From positions 1 to 37,135 of the IMG/VR virus record IMGVR_UViG_3300018080_000352: a DNA stretch of 37,135 nt; one strand, written 5' to 3'. Below, in pieces: positions 15,619 through 25,583 of this stretch. This DNA comes from a virus (Duplodnaviria; Caudoviricetes). Within the stretch, counting starts at the first letter, position 1; every line of letters begins with the position of its first letter. The notes under the pieces were generated by a model. The model did not search any database and was not told the origin of the DNA. It worked only from the letters and a program-made list of their open reading frames with translations. Made by a program: the position numbers and the translations under genes.

Positions 15619-17453
15619 CACTCTTCGGGTTGAGGCAGGCCGACTATCGGATAGGTTATCGGTTCGTTCTCGATCACAATGTCGGCCTTGTTAGGTGTTT
15701 CAACCAGGTATAGGTGTCTCCAAGTCATGGTGTATACCGGGCAGTCGCCTAGTAGGTCTTGGGCTGGAGATGGAAAGGACCAACTTCCTGCCTGACGGAT
15801 AGCGGGTAGACCGCCTACGGTTGTCACGGTTGGGAGGTCTTCTTCCGTGATCGGGTATCCGACACGGACAATGAAGCCCTCAAAAGACAGAGTCCACTTA
15901 CCTACGGTCCGTTTCTGGACGATGGCTTTGTCCGGCTCTTCAGACTGGGAGGTTCCGTAGTCTATAGGTGCCGACATTTCGTTGGGGCTGAGGGTCGGGG
16001 CACCCGTAGCGTAACCGCCCAGTTTGACTGGGGCAATGACACCACCGGCCTGTTCGATCTGGGTGTAGGAGTCATAGGCCAGAAAGCTGTATTCTTCTGA
16101 CGGGCACTGGAAGATTGGTTCTCCGTAATCCTCTTCATCCTTACCGGCCAGGGTCTCCTCAGCGGTGAATCGGGGTGTGCCATGATTGAAGTTGCAGATC
16201 ACGTCCACGGAGGCGGGGTGTACCGCGTTCCGTACACCACGGGTGCTATGCACTGCTTGGATTGAGGCGTTTGTCTTCCACGTGTTCCAGTCGCCGGGTA
16301 TCGGTGCCCACATCCCGGAACCGGCTAGTAGGGTGGCCAGACTGGAACACAAAACCCAGGACGTGTTGAAGTGGATTGTGCGGCCGAAGATTTCTTCTTC
16401 CAGATCGATGTCGATCGGGACAAGGATGAAACCAGGTTTTCCGTTGACTTGGGTAGCGTATCGCACTGCTTCAAGACGACTCGCAAGGATCGTTTTGAAA
16501 GCCATCCAGGCGGTGGAACGTGGTTCGCCAGGTGCAACAGAGATGGAACCGTTGAGAGACACTTTCCACCTGCCGCCATTTGCTGCCTTCATGTCAGAAA
16601 AGTTTGGTCCGAACATTAGGCCGCCGCTGACTCGATAATTGACGTCCATCCTGAGGCATCCGGGATAGTAGGGGTTGTCGGATGCGATTTCGGTGTCGGT
16701 GATTACGTAGTTGAGGAAGCGTTTGTCCTGGCTGATGTGGTAGTTTTGGGAACGACTAAAACGGTCGTGAAGAGGGAACACGAGGGTATCGAGGAAGCTT
16801 TCGGCCGTGTTGTTGATCCACTCACCGTCTTCGTGTGAATCGCCTGGACCGTTTTTGTACACACGGGCTTCTACGACTCCAGTGATCGTTTTGATGGTCA
16901 GACCGTCTGGCGTGAAACTGTAGTCGATGGAGTAATTCCATTCGCCCCAAGGGTTGGGACCCTGACCAATTTCTCGGACACCCGTGGCAGGGTTGTCGTA
17001 GTAGTCGCAGACGGTGGCATCGCAAGACCAAGCGACGTGGATCGCTCTTGTGGTCGCAATCGGTTCGGCAAGATCGAGGGAAGGCTTGGGTCCGAAGTCG
17101 ACACACATCTCCGTGGTAATCTCAAAGTCTCTTCCGGCTGCGGTCCAGGTCAAGGTGAGTTTGCGGCCGGGTTCGGTGAGGAGTTTTCGTATGTCTTCAA
17201 AGCCTTCGTCGATACGTCCGGTCGACTCGGTGAGTTCGACTAAGCCACGGGGTAACCCGTAGGCGGAAGTGATGGATTGTGGGAATTCGTCTTGTGCGAA
17301 AATGCAGTCGACGGAGACGTGGTAGCGGGTGTACTTTACCGTACGGCCAGAACTGTCGTAGATAGGCGTACCACGTACCTTCACACGACTCGACGTCGGA
17401 AATGTGACGCCGTTGTACTTGACGGTTGCTGCGGAGTCTATCGTTGAAGGCAT
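15618..17453 (-). CDS. Putative tail structural protein (distal tail/baseplate-like)
   Basis: 611 aa, beta-rich; immediately downstream of the tape-measure-like gene. Confidence 0.5.
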   Translation of the reverse strand: MPSTIDSAATVKYNGVTFPTSSRVKVRGTPIYDSSGRTVKYTRYHVSVDCIFAQDEFPQSITSAYGLPRGLVELTESTGRIDEGFEDIRKLLTEPGRKLTLTWTAAGRDFEITTEMCVDFGPKPSLDLAEPIATTRAIHVAWSCDATVCDYYDNPATGVREIGQGPNPWGEWNYSIDYSFTPDGLTIKTITGVVEARVYKNGPGDSHEDGEWINNTAESFLDTLVFPLHDRFSRSQNYHISQDKRFLNYVITDTEIASDNPYYPGCLRMDVNYRVSGGLMFGPNFSDMKAANGGRWKVSLNGSISVAPGEPRSTAWMAFKTILASRLEAVRYATQVNGKPGFILVPIDIDLEEEIFGRTIHFNTSWVLCSSLATLLAGSGMWAPIPGDWNTWKTNASIQAVHSTRGVRNAVHPASVDVICNFNHGTPRFTAEETLAGKDEEDYGEPIFQCPSEEYSFLAYDSYTQIEQAGGVIAPVKLGGYATGAPTLSPNEMSAPIDYGTSQSEEPDKAIVQKRTVGKWTLSFEGFIVRVGYPITEEDLPTVTTVGGLPAIRQAGSWSFPSPAQDLLGDCPVYTMTWRHLYLVETPNKADIVIENEPITYPIVGLPQPEE

Positions 17454-17457
17454 GATT

Positions 17458-18837
17458 CTAGCCTGTTGGTGTATTCACTCTAGGGTATGGTGCCGGTGTT
17501 ACGCCACGTAGGCTTGGGTCCAAGAAACTGCCTTTTAGACTTGGGTTTCCCCAGCCGGTACCGTCACCGCCATTCAGCATACCTAGTACGTTGCCTATTT
17601 TGCTTATTATGCGGAGGTACTTGAGCACTTCTGGCATTGTTTGGCCAAGCAGAAATGCTGCGGCTCTGGAGCTATCTCCGAAGTACTTCTCCATTAGGTC
17701 AACACCGGCATTAGCGACTACCTCGGCACCATTTGCGTAGTTGTCAACGGTACGCAGGATTTCGTTGAGGATGGGGACGGTGACTTCACCCATGGCCGTG
17801 TTGAGCCTCTCCATGCTGTCACGGATGTCGTGCTGCAACCGAGTCATTTCGCCAAGGGACTTGCCAAGGGTTTCAGTCCTGGCCAGCAGCATCGCAATCT
17901 CTTGGGAACGGCCGACAGCTTTGGCGTGGGCAACGTCTGGAGAGAAAGGTTCGATGCTGTCGGCTAAACTTGAGCCGAAGTCTTCGAGTCTCTCAGTCAC
18001 TTCCAGGAGGGCTTTGGCCGTGCCGCTGGCTGCTAGGGTAACTCCACCTATGGCAAGACCGGCCGGTCCGAGACCTGCTAGAGCGGATGCTGCCAGACCT
18101 GCTCCCGTTCCTGCCGCTGCTCCCGCTACACCTGATCCGGTAGAGGCACCTACGGCGGCACCTACGGAAGGGCCGATACTTTGGAGTCCTTGCTTCCCAA
18201 GTTTGGGGCCGAGACCTTTGAACAGGTTGCTGAAGGCTGCTTTGAACTGATCGAATAGGCCCTCAGGAACAACCTCAGGAACGATAACGCCAGCATCGTC
18301 GGTGTTGCCTGTAGCGGTTTCTTCTGCCCTTTCCTTTCCAGAAGAGGAGGCAGAGTCGACAGTCTTGGTGAGGGTAGCAAGACCTGAGACTACCTCATCC
18401 AGACGGTCTACGATTTCGTCGTTGCTGCCAACCAAATCTTCGGCGAGGCTGGTTAGCTCGGACAAGTCTATCGAGGCTACTGTCTGAGGGTTGTCGTTGT
18501 CAACGTCGACGTCGACGTCGGTATCGGTTAGGTCATCTTGTATCAGTGCTTCTGTAGTGAGTCGAGAACGGGGTGGAGGCGTGAGTGGTTCAGGTGTAGA
18601 CTTGACGGTGTACTCGCCCTCAATAATGTCGTCATCCCTGTCGGGAAGATCGGCGGGAGTCACCAAAGGAAACTCGTACCGCTGGACCTCAGTCCGTTGA
18701 GGCTCAGCGGATACAAGTTGTCCCTTGCCGGGTTCCTCGAATTTTGCAATTCGATGCCCTGGCTCGACAGTATCGGTACTGCCGGTTTCTTCCAGTTGGA
18801 TTCGTAGTATGGTTTCGTCAGAGGCCATAGTACTCAC
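17458..18837 (-). CDS. Short tape-measure-like protein
   Basis: Follows the tail tube; Gly/Ala-rich hydrophobic segment LAASALAGLGPAGLAIGGVTLAASG then helical region; acidic N-terminus. Confidence 0.55.
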   Translation of the reverse strand: MSTMASDETILRIQLEETGSTDTVEPGHRIAKFEEPGKGQLVSAEPQRTEVQRYEFPLVTPADLPDRDDDIIEGEYTVKSTPEPLTPPPRSRLTTEALIQDDLTDTDVDVDVDNDNPQTVASIDLSELTSLAEDLVGSNDEIVDRLDEVVSGLATLTKTVDSASSSGKERAEETATGNTDDAGVIVPEVVPEGLFDQFKAAFSNLFKGLGPKLGKQGLQSIGPSVGAAVGASTGSGVAGAAAGTGAGLAASALAGLGPAGLAIGGVTLAASGTAKALLEVTERLEDFGSSLADSIEPFSPDVAHAKAVGRSQEIAMLLARTETLGKSLGEMTRLQHDIRDSMERLNTAMGEVTVPILNEILRTVDNYANGAEVVANAGVDLMEKYFGDSSRAAAFLLGQTMPEVLKYLRIISKIGNVLGMLNGGDGTGWGNPSLKGSFLDPSLRGVTPAPYPRVNTPTG

Positions 18838-18843
18838 ATTTGG

Positions 18844-19356
18844 CTAGCTCGGAACTACGACAGAAAACATGATCTCGGCGTCAAGTGAACCACCAGGCAG
18901 TATCTGGAAACGGAGTGGAATCTTGTGAGCGTGTACGCCTAACCATTGATCGACGGGGGAGTTCGGTGCGAGGACGGTGTTAGCCGCCGTGATCGACGTG
19001 TAATAGGCGGACGAACCGCTGACGGCTGTCAGGACAAGAGGCTCGGCCACTCCTCCTGTGGTTGCCAAAAGTCCAACCACATCGACTTTACCGAAAGTAG
19101 CACTCCAAGGCCAGTGCGGCTTTTTGCCTGCGGGTGCGAGTAAGCCAGCGGCACCGGGTTCAATGAACATGCCCGAGATGTAAACTGAGACACCTCGGTA
19201 TATCAAGTCTTGGACCGTGGAACCAAGGTTGTCGCCTACGACGGCCTCACAGTCGACGGACGTTTCAAAGTGAATGCCGTCTTCGGCTTGGCCTAGAGCT
19301 AGTGCGTTCCACGTAGCACGGTAAGCTCCAGCGGCGAATGCGTATGAATGGGTCAT
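18844..19356 (-). CDS. Major tail (tube) protein
   Basis: LGQAEDGIHF...KIPLRFQIL pattern, 170 aa, GGAG RBS, after the neck genes. Confidence 0.6.
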   Translation of the reverse strand: MTHSYAFAAGAYRATWNALALGQAEDGIHFETSVDCEAVVGDNLGSTVQDLIYRGVSVYISGMFIEPGAAGLLAPAGKKPHWPWSATFGKVDVVGLLATTGGVAEPLVLTAVSGSSAYYTSITAANTVLAPNSPVDQWLGVHAHKIPLRFQILPGGSLDAEIMFSVVVPS

Positions 19357-19407
19357 GCTTAGACTCCAAAAGTAGACATCATAAATCGGGACACGGAGGG
19401 TGGTGAG

Positions 19408-19761
19408 CTAGACTTTGGCCAGCGGGCTCTCGACCGTCATTGGGACGACTTCTTCAGCTTCCTTTTCCTGGAAGGAAGTGTAGTTTTGCACACACTCGTG
19501 GCAGGTAGCCAAGGCCGGGTTGTCAGTGGCGTGGTGATACTTGGTGACTCCGCACGCGATGGATACACGGACACCTTCGGCGGTCATTTGGTCGCCTGAA
19601 GGGTCGGGCGAAAGCCAGTGGATCACCGCAAGTTTGGTAACAGATTCTCCGCTGTCGCAGTGTGGACAGACCGGCTTGACCAGGTTAGAGTAGAACGGCA
19701 GGTTGGGGCAACCGGACTTCTCACAACGGAACGGTTTCAGCTTTGTGGACATTGCTGTCAC
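19408..19761 (-). CDS. Zn-ribbon protein
   Basis: CEKSGC, CPHC, H..C..HH, CHEC; GAGGAG RBS. Confidence 0.6.
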   Translation of the reverse strand: MTAMSTKLKPFRCEKSGCPNLPFYSNLVKPVCPHCDSGESVTKLAVIHWLSPDPSGDQMTAEGVRVSIACGVTKYHHATDNPALATCHECVQNYTSFQEKEAEEVVPMTVESPLAKV

Positions 19762-20288
19762 TCCTCATAATCCTCTCTCATGTCACGCCCAGCACCAACA
19801 AAGGTACTGGTGCAAACGAGACATGCTTGGTTCTCTTTCGCGGTGGACCACAACCAGTTTGCGTCCCGCACTTCAGGGCTTGTCGTTCCTGCCCACCTCA
19901 GCGGTTCAAAAATCCAATCCCGATCGTTGTGCAGGTTGAGGCTGGCCCGTTTGATAAGGTCGTAGTTTTTGTCGATGGCAACGTTGATCTCGCGGACCAC
20001 TTCCTCCATGCCAGTGATTTGGGTCAGGAAGAAGTCAGTCATTGATTTGCCGGGACGTACGGCGGGTATCCGGCGAGTTACGGTGACGGCGATGTCGTAC
20101 TTTTCGTAAAGTCCCGTGTCTACTGGAGGAGAATGGGGCCGCCAAGTGATCAGGTGGATTGCAGCGTAGTGTGTAGGGAAGGCTATCGGGGGCTGGCCGT
20201 TTTCGTGGACGCCCACAGTCTGCTGATCGAGGGACGTGTCGTCAACGAGGGTACCGTGGATACCACGTAGTAGGGCGGATACACTCAT
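19758..20288 (-). CDS. Putative tail terminator/completion protein
   Basis: Start moved to MSVSALL (TAATG coupling with the upstream stop); size and position between neck and tube genes. Confidence 0.5.
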   Translation of the reverse strand: MSVSALLRGIHGTLVDDTSLDQQTVGVHENGQPPIAFPTHYAAIHLITWRPHSPPVDTGLYEKYDIAVTVTRRIPAVRPGKSMTDFFLTQITGMEEVVREINVAIDKNYDLIKRASLNLHNDRDWIFEPLRWAGTTSPEVRDANWLWSTAKENQACLVCTSTFVGAGRDMREDYEE

Positions 20289-21013
20289 TACAAGTTCCTT
20301 CCAGCATACTTGACGGCGTGTTCTACTCCAGCCCTCACGGCTCGCGTGGTCCACAGGGCTACGTGTTGGGGCCAGATTTTGCGGTGCTTGTGTACGTGCT
20401 TGGCGTAGGGAACATCAGTACCAGCTACGACACTCCTGCCGGAAGTGCGGAAAATCTGTCCGGCAGGAGGTTCGTAGCGGTCTGCTGACAGTATACCAGA
20501 TCGCAGGCTTTTTTCAAGTTTGTGCGAGTCTATTAGGATAGGCACTCGACGATTGCCGTATGCCTCCAGGATAGTTTTGGCTCCGCGTGACTTGAGAATA
20601 GCCCATGCTAATCTGGCGGCCAGCGACTTGGCCTGCGGAAGAGCAACGCCACGAGCAATTAGTTTCGATAGGTGTGAAGCGTAGATTCCTTTCCAAACTC
20701 TGTCTTGTGATTCGGTGAGTAGGCCACGTCCGGAACCTGCGTGTCCAGTGGCTTTGTGTACACGAGCGGCAATGGTTGAGGGTGCAAGCGGTTTCCACTT
20801 GTTGCCGAGTTCGTCTTTACCGCCCGCTGATTTGAGTAGGAAGGCTTTGTGGATGGAGGTGAAAAAGCTGTGTCCGAAACCGGCCCAGAACGCACCCGCC
20901 ATGCCTCCACGGTCCATGCGACCGTTGGCAATGTCGTTGGCCACACCGCGAATGTGCTTACGCAATTCGGCTTTGGTCTGGGTGCGTACTCGGATTGTTT
21001 CAGTGACGGACAT
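20288..21013 (-). CDS. Virion morphogenesis protein (Mu gpG / tail completion S-like)
   Basis: GNKWKPLAPSTIAAR, PILIDSHKLEKSL, VAGTDVPYAKHVH. Confidence 0.75.
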   Translation of the reverse strand: MSVTETIRVRTQTKAELRKHIRGVANDIANGRMDRGGMAGAFWAGFGHSFFTSIHKAFLLKSAGGKDELGNKWKPLAPSTIAARVHKATGHAGSGRGLLTESQDRVWKGIYASHLSKLIARGVALPQAKSLAARLAWAILKSRGAKTILEAYGNRRVPILIDSHKLEKSLRSGILSADRYEPPAGQIFRTSGRSVVAGTDVPYAKHVHKHRKIWPQHVALWTTRAVRAGVEHAVKYAGRNL

Positions 21014-21017
21014 GTGA

Positions 21018-21530
21018 TTACTTGATACCGGCTACCATACCGATGAAACGGGAGGAACGGAATTGTTCGGAATAGGACCCACCAACGATGTCGGTTGCGG
21101 TGACTCGGACCGGGCTGTCCGAATGCCATGGTTCAATGCGTAGGTTGGACATGCTTGGCGTGAGGTCGGCCCGCAAGGCCAGACGCGGGATTTGGTGCGA
21201 ACCGTCGTGAATGAGTTGGAGGCGTTGGAGAACTCGCTCGGCTTGTGCCTGGAAGTGTTCGGGGTTTCCTCCCAGAGCAGTGGCAAAGTAACAGCCGAGC
21301 CATGATGCGGTACGACGGACCCAAGCATTGTTGGCCATGTCTTCGGGGTCGTAACGGTGGGCACAGAAGAAGTTCATTTCGTCCGTGGCATCATAGCAGA
21401 GCCCGTCCACAATCGTGGTGTCTTCGTACCTATCCCCGTCCGGGTCGACAAGGTTCATGAAGGTAGCTTTGCCGACAACCTTCTCCATCTCGGCTTGGGT
21501 CGTGTAGGTGTAGGCTAGTGATTCCGGCAT
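21018..21530 (-). CDS. Head-tail adaptor (Mu gp36/DUF1320-like)
   Basis: YTTQAEM...DATDEMNFFCAHRY...LQLIHDG; start moved to MPESLAY with GAGGA RBS. Confidence 0.7.
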   Translation of the reverse strand: MPESLAYTYTTQAEMEKVVGKATFMNLVDPDGDRYEDTTIVDGLCYDATDEMNFFCAHRYDPEDMANNAWVRRTASWLGCYFATALGGNPEHFQAQAERVLQRLQLIHDGSHQIPRLALRADLTPSMSNLRIEPWHSDSPVRVTATDIVGGSYSEQFRSSRFIGMVAGIK

Positions 21531-21540
21531 CGGTCTGTCC

Positions 21541-21852
21541 TCAATCGAATTGACGTACACCAGCAGTGTACCAGCGGGTCCAACGGGCCAGGTAGTTCGA
21601 GCAACTGATGACGATTTTGTAACGGTCGCCTGCGGTGAGTGCCGGTTCGCAACTGGCAAAGTAGTTACCGTTTGCGTTGTGCGGCATGGAGACGTCTTCG
21701 CAGTCGGCTAAAGCGACTCCGTCTGCGTCGAATATGGTGAAGGTGATGGTGGCATCGGTGATAGGTGTTAGAGGTGCGTTGGCAGAGTGCAGGTTACGCA
21801 CGTAAGCTTGGACGGCGTTTCCAACTCCGAGGACTTCAACTAGTGTCGTCAT
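21541..21852 (-). CDS. Small Ig-like virion protein
   Basis: ITDATITFTIFDADG...GNYFA...GDRYKIVI beta-sandwich pattern. Confidence 0.5.
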   Translation of the reverse strand: MTTLVEVLGVGNAVQAYVRNLHSANAPLTPITDATITFTIFDADGVALADCEDVSMPHNANGNYFASCEPALTAGDRYKIVISCSNYLARWTRWYTAGVRQFD

Positions 21853-21856
21853 GTGC

Positions 21857-22066
21857 TTACGCCTTTATACTGTCGCTGGAATAGGTCGGACCGAAAATGA
21901 TTACACTGCTACTGTAGGCATTCTCTCCAGAAACAGAATCGGATTGATAGGTGTTTCTAGCTCCAACAAAGGATGCAATAGCCACCAACAACGTGCCGGT
22001 GACTTGATGTTTCGCACTGTCCTTTCTGCGAAACCTCAGCAACAGTGGTAAGACTTTGGGGATCAT
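21857..22066 (-). CDS. Small hypothetical protein
   Basis: ATGA coupling with the upstream gene; fills the gap. Confidence 0.4.
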   Translation of the reverse strand: MIPKVLPLLLRFRRKDSAKHQVTGTLLVAIASFVGARNTYQSDSVSGENAYSSSVIIFGPTYSSDSIKA

Positions 22067-22713
22067 TCGGGATCATCTCTTGACACAAGCTTGGACCAAT
22101 ACCTGACAACACCGTCGATGGTTGCACCGGCAAGGGCATCGTAGGATTGCCCAAGGACGGTTCGGTCGGTGTCCTCATCGTAAACGAACAGCATGCCACC
22201 ATCAGGGTCGGACATTGCCGTCTCGGCTATCAAGTCGGAACCATCGAAACGGTCAATGACTTGGATGGTCGGGTTGGTTACTCCGGTAGTCAAACGGGTA
22301 CCGTTCTTGAACCAGCGTACCGTGTACTCATCCATGGAGTTGGCAGAGTCAATCGTGAGTTCGATATCAGCATGGTAGATATCACCCACCTGACCGGCAA
22401 TGTACTCTTCGGGGTCTTCCTGTACGGCGATAGGACGCTCGGTTGGTGCTGCCGGATTCTGGAAGAAACGGATAGTGTAGATACCAGAGGGCAAAGTGCC
22501 TGGTAGGTCGGCTGCGAAGATGCCCGTCTTGGTACTGTCGGTAAGTGTCAATTCAGTACAGGCTAGCAAGCCAGCAAGCCAGGCCGCATTGTCGGCTAGG
22601 GCTGAATACTCTACCAGTGCTGAGCCATTCCACACTGTGCCAGCGGCACTTACAACCTCAGCCTTGACGTCGGTTGTACCACTGGTGTACGTGAGTCTGA
22701 TTTCGTTTGACAC
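22063..22713 (-). CDS. Putative virion structural protein (beta-rich)
   Basis: AGGAG RBS, GTG start; acidic and beta-rich; within the structural run. Confidence 0.55.
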   Translation of the reverse strand: MSNEIRLTYTSGTTDVKAEVVSAAGTVWNGSALVEYSALADNAAWLAGLLACTELTLTDSTKTGIFAADLPGTLPSGIYTIRFFQNPAAPTERPIAVQEDPEEYIAGQVGDIYHADIELTIDSANSMDEYTVRWFKNGTRLTTGVTNPTIQVIDRFDGSDLIAETAMSDPDGGMLFVYDEDTDRTVLGQSYDALAGATIDGVVRYWSKLVSRDDPE

Positions 22714-22724
22714 AATGAAGTCTC

Positions 22725-22967
22725 CTACGATCCGATTTGGTCATCCTCGGTATACTGTTCGGCAGCAGCTTGGATCGGACCGATCTCCAGCATTTTCATT
22801 GCTTGGCGGTAGCGAAGTTCCTCGCGTCTAGCCAGCCTGATCAGTCCAAACTTGAGGCGGGCTAGAGGGTTGGTCACAACCGCAGGATCGATGATCATGT
22901 GGGCGTCAAAGGCCTCAAGAACAGCCTCGCCCTTTTCGACGGTGAACTCGATTGTGATGGATGGCAT
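22725..22967 (-). CDS. Small hypothetical protein
   Basis: Fits the operon without overlap. Confidence 0.55.
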   Translation of the reverse strand: MPSITIEFTVEKGEAVLEAFDAHMIIDPAVVTNPLARLKFGLIRLARREELRYRQAMKMLEIGPIQAAAEQYTEDDQIGS

Positions 22968-23003
22968 GGCATCTTCGCTTTTCTAGAGGGGCTTGCGTGC
23001 GTC

Positions 23004-23609
23004 CTACCAACCGCAATCACAGTTGCTCTTCAGCAACTTAGATTCGGTGATCTCGGCAGAATAGTCGAACGCAGAAAGTGCTGTCTCAATACTGACCGCA
23101 TACGAATTGTACCAAGCGACGGCGTTGTTGTGAGCACTGATGTAGGGGGCCATTTCGTCAATATGGTCGTGGGCACAACTCCAGTCACCGTCTTCCATGT
23201 CATCTTCGGCGTCGCTTAGTTGATACCAATCGTTGACGACTTGGGCTGCCCAGAGTCCATAGCAATCACCATTTAGACCCTCGGTAGTATCGTAGTACAC
23301 ACTCCAGAACAGAGGGGTGGTAACACCATGCTTGATTGCACAGTTGCTGAGTTTGTACAGCATTGCCGCTTGTGTCCCACCCAGGCCGCCGACCGAGTTG
23401 GTGAGTCCGGTTTTGACGTTCGTGCAGTCCTGAATGGGAGTGTTGGCCCAGGACCAAAACTCTCCACAGACCTCCATGTCCTGGTTCATGTAGTCGCAGT
23501 CTTCGACAGCGAATGACCGATGAGCGAGGACGGAGACACACAACAACATGGCAATCAGACACGACGTCACCATTCCACTTGCATTGAACTTCCGGTACGC
23601 ACTTTTCAT
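23004..23609 (-). CDS. Secreted Cys-rich protein (Sec signal peptide)
   Basis: Start moved to MKSAYRKF with AAGGAG RBS; basic n-region, CLIAMLLCVSVLA h-region, SFA cleavage; 8 Cys in the mature part. Confidence 0.65.
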   Translation of the reverse strand: MKSAYRKFNASGMVTSCLIAMLLCVSVLAHRSFAVEDCDYMNQDMEVCGEFWSWANTPIQDCTNVKTGLTNSVGGLGGTQAAMLYKLSNCAIKHGVTTPLFWSVYYDTTEGLNGDCYGLWAAQVVNDWYQLSDAEDDMEDGDWSCAHDHIDEMAPYISAHNNAVAWYNSYAVSIETALSAFDYSAEITESKLLKSNCDCGW

Positions 23610-23634
23610 CTCGACACTCCTTGAGAAAGAAAGG

Positions 23635-25059
23635 TTACCACGCGGCTCCAGCCGAGTGATCGAACAGGGTTGCCCATTTGGTTGTTCCGCCCGCAGTACT
23701 TGCGATGAGTACGTCACCGTCGTCGCCCTTGCCCGTGCCGTCACTCATCCAGATTACGCATTGACCTTCGGCCGGTGCGGAAGGATCGGCAGACCGTTCA
23801 ATCAGTTGAAGAACGGCGTCTAGAGTGATGACCCCTTCCCCTCCGCCATGCTCCGTTATCCCAATGATCGTGTCCATGATGTTGAGTTGGTAGTCGAGGG
23901 CAGGGTCGACCACGTCGATACCATTACCGATCAAGAGGCAACGTTGGGCCGTGGTGATATCCTGGCCGCAATAACCACCGATACAGATGTTATAACTGGC
24001 ACCGCTCTGCGAGGAAGGAGGCATACCGGCTCTCTTGCCGATCAGTATGTTCTGTGCTCCGCCACGAGACTTCCCTGCTTCGAAGCCTATCATTACATTA
24101 CCATTGTGGGAAGATAATTGGGGCCCACTTTGACCAGCCCCAATGCCGACCACTACGTTCTCATCCGAAGAATTGGCCCCACTCGCGGGATAGGCATTAG
24201 ACCCGATCCATATATTGTTGGCTCCCGTGTCGATCCTCCACCCAGCTAGTCGGCCGATCATTATGTTGGAGCTACCAGTGGTCACGTCGCGGCCCGCAGA
24301 CGAACCAATCATGATTGATGAGCTACAGGTAGTCATGCTATTTCCTGCCCCTGACCCCACACACACACTGTCATATCCCGTGTAATCTGGGGCTGCTTCA
24401 TAGCCGACGATGGCATTATAAGTGTCCAGTTTTAAGGCTGTGACGCCATCAATTGTAATTCCCCCTCCCGTGCTGTTCCCACTCTGGTAGTTGATCGCTC
24501 CACTTGGGGTTAAACTCCCGTCATCAGTCCACGAGGTGGTAGTGTTGTCGTCGATGGTGTAGAGGGGACGTGCAAGATACTTCACCTGCCCAACGGCTGT
24601 CCGCATGATCATCCGGCCAGTAACACGCGGATCGGGCGAGATTGGGATTCCCGTGATATTGACGGCCCCGTTAGCTCCCACCGTGATACCGAGAGGGTCA
24701 CGGCCCAACGAGTATAGTGAAGTAGTGCGGCCTTCGTCAGTGACAAAGCGGAAGTCGTAAAAGTATTCTCCCGCATCCAGGGACCCTGCTCCAGAGTCTT
24801 CGGTCAATGTGATCGCGTTGTACTGAGTACCGGTTACATCATCCACCTGTTCGAAGCCGATATTGCCCGCAATGTTGAACCGTTCAACAGGGTCTCCGAA
24901 GAGCTTGACACCCACCAGTCCGTCACCGTCAGGGTCGATCAGGATGTTGCCATCCGAGACACTGACAATGGATTTGCCATTGACGTCTAGATCACCACCC
25001 AACTCAGGCGTGGTGTCTTCGACAATGTTACTCAGCGGGTATGGTAGTCCTAAAGGCAT
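23635..25059 (-). CDS. Tail fibre/spike with YadA-head-like beta-roll repeats
   Basis: N-terminal VEDTTPELGGDLDVNG; repeated N-x-x-IG-x-x-AG units about every 14-16 aa. Confidence 0.75.
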   Translation of the reverse strand: MPLGLPYPLSNIVEDTTPELGGDLDVNGKSIVSVSDGNILIDPDGDGLVGVKLFGDPVERFNIAGNIGFEQVDDVTGTQYNAITLTEDSGAGSLDAGEYFYDFRFVTDEGRTTSLYSLGRDPLGITVGANGAVNITGIPISPDPRVTGRMIMRTAVGQVKYLARPLYTIDDNTTTSWTDDGSLTPSGAINYQSGNSTGGGITIDGVTALKLDTYNAIVGYEAAPDYTGYDSVCVGSGAGNSMTTCSSSIMIGSSAGRDVTTGSSNIMIGRLAGWRIDTGANNIWIGSNAYPASGANSSDENVVVGIGAGQSGPQLSSHNGNVMIGFEAGKSRGGAQNILIGKRAGMPPSSQSGASYNICIGGYCGQDITTAQRCLLIGNGIDVVDPALDYQLNIMDTIIGITEHGGGEGVITLDAVLQLIERSADPSAPAEGQCVIWMSDGTGKGDDGDVLIASTAGGTTKWATLFDHSAGAAW

Positions 25060-25093
25060 GGCAAGTCTTCGTCTTTTCTGGAAGGAAAGGCCG

Positions 25094-25549
25094 TTACTGA
25101 GACTCTTCGCTGTACAGTCTGTAGCTCAGGGTGTTGGCACTGTCGGCGAAGTCCGCTCCCGTCAAGTTGTGTACCAGAAGTTTGAAGTCGAATGGCGGGA
25201 TATCAAGCTTCCCTATGATGGTACGCCTCTCGGCGAGAGAGCCGCCGTCCAGTTCGATATCAACGAACTTGTTATTGGGGTTGACCAGTCCGTCCGAATC
25301 ACCGTACGAGAAGTTTGTGCCGTCGAGGCAGGGCAAGAGGTAGATTCCGACTTTTGCCTGCGGTAGGCGAACGGTGGGTTGGGCCTTTACGAGTAGTTGC
25401 AGCCCCAGGTACATCTCGTTCTCGCCGTTTGCCACGTTGTCGACTTTCGCCCCTAGAACCGTACCGCCGTTTGCCAGCGAGTTTAGTTGGGTGGACAGGT
25501 AGACAGCGATGGAGGCAGGGGCCTCGTATTTGATTTCCATTTCGACCAT
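25094..25549 (-). CDS. Conserved hypothetical virion-module protein
   Basis: AGGAG RBS; SLANG...LDGTNF...IPPFDFKL...NLTG pattern. Confidence 0.6.
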   Translation of the reverse strand: MVEMEIKYEAPASIAVYLSTQLNSLANGGTVLGAKVDNVANGENEMYLGLQLLVKAQPTVRLPQAKVGIYLLPCLDGTNFSYGDSDGLVNPNNKFVDIELDGGSLAERRTIIGKLDIPPFDFKLLVHNLTGADFADSANTLSYRLYSEESQ

Positions 25550-25583
25550 TGTTCTACTCCTACTGGATTTAGGCGGGCTGCAC

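Noticed and set aside
4140-25065. Frequent RCCATG start context suggesting Kozak-type eukaryotic translation
   Set aside because: Most genes have SD motifs, sigma70-like promoters and intrinsic terminators; CCATG is common in GC-rich bacteria.
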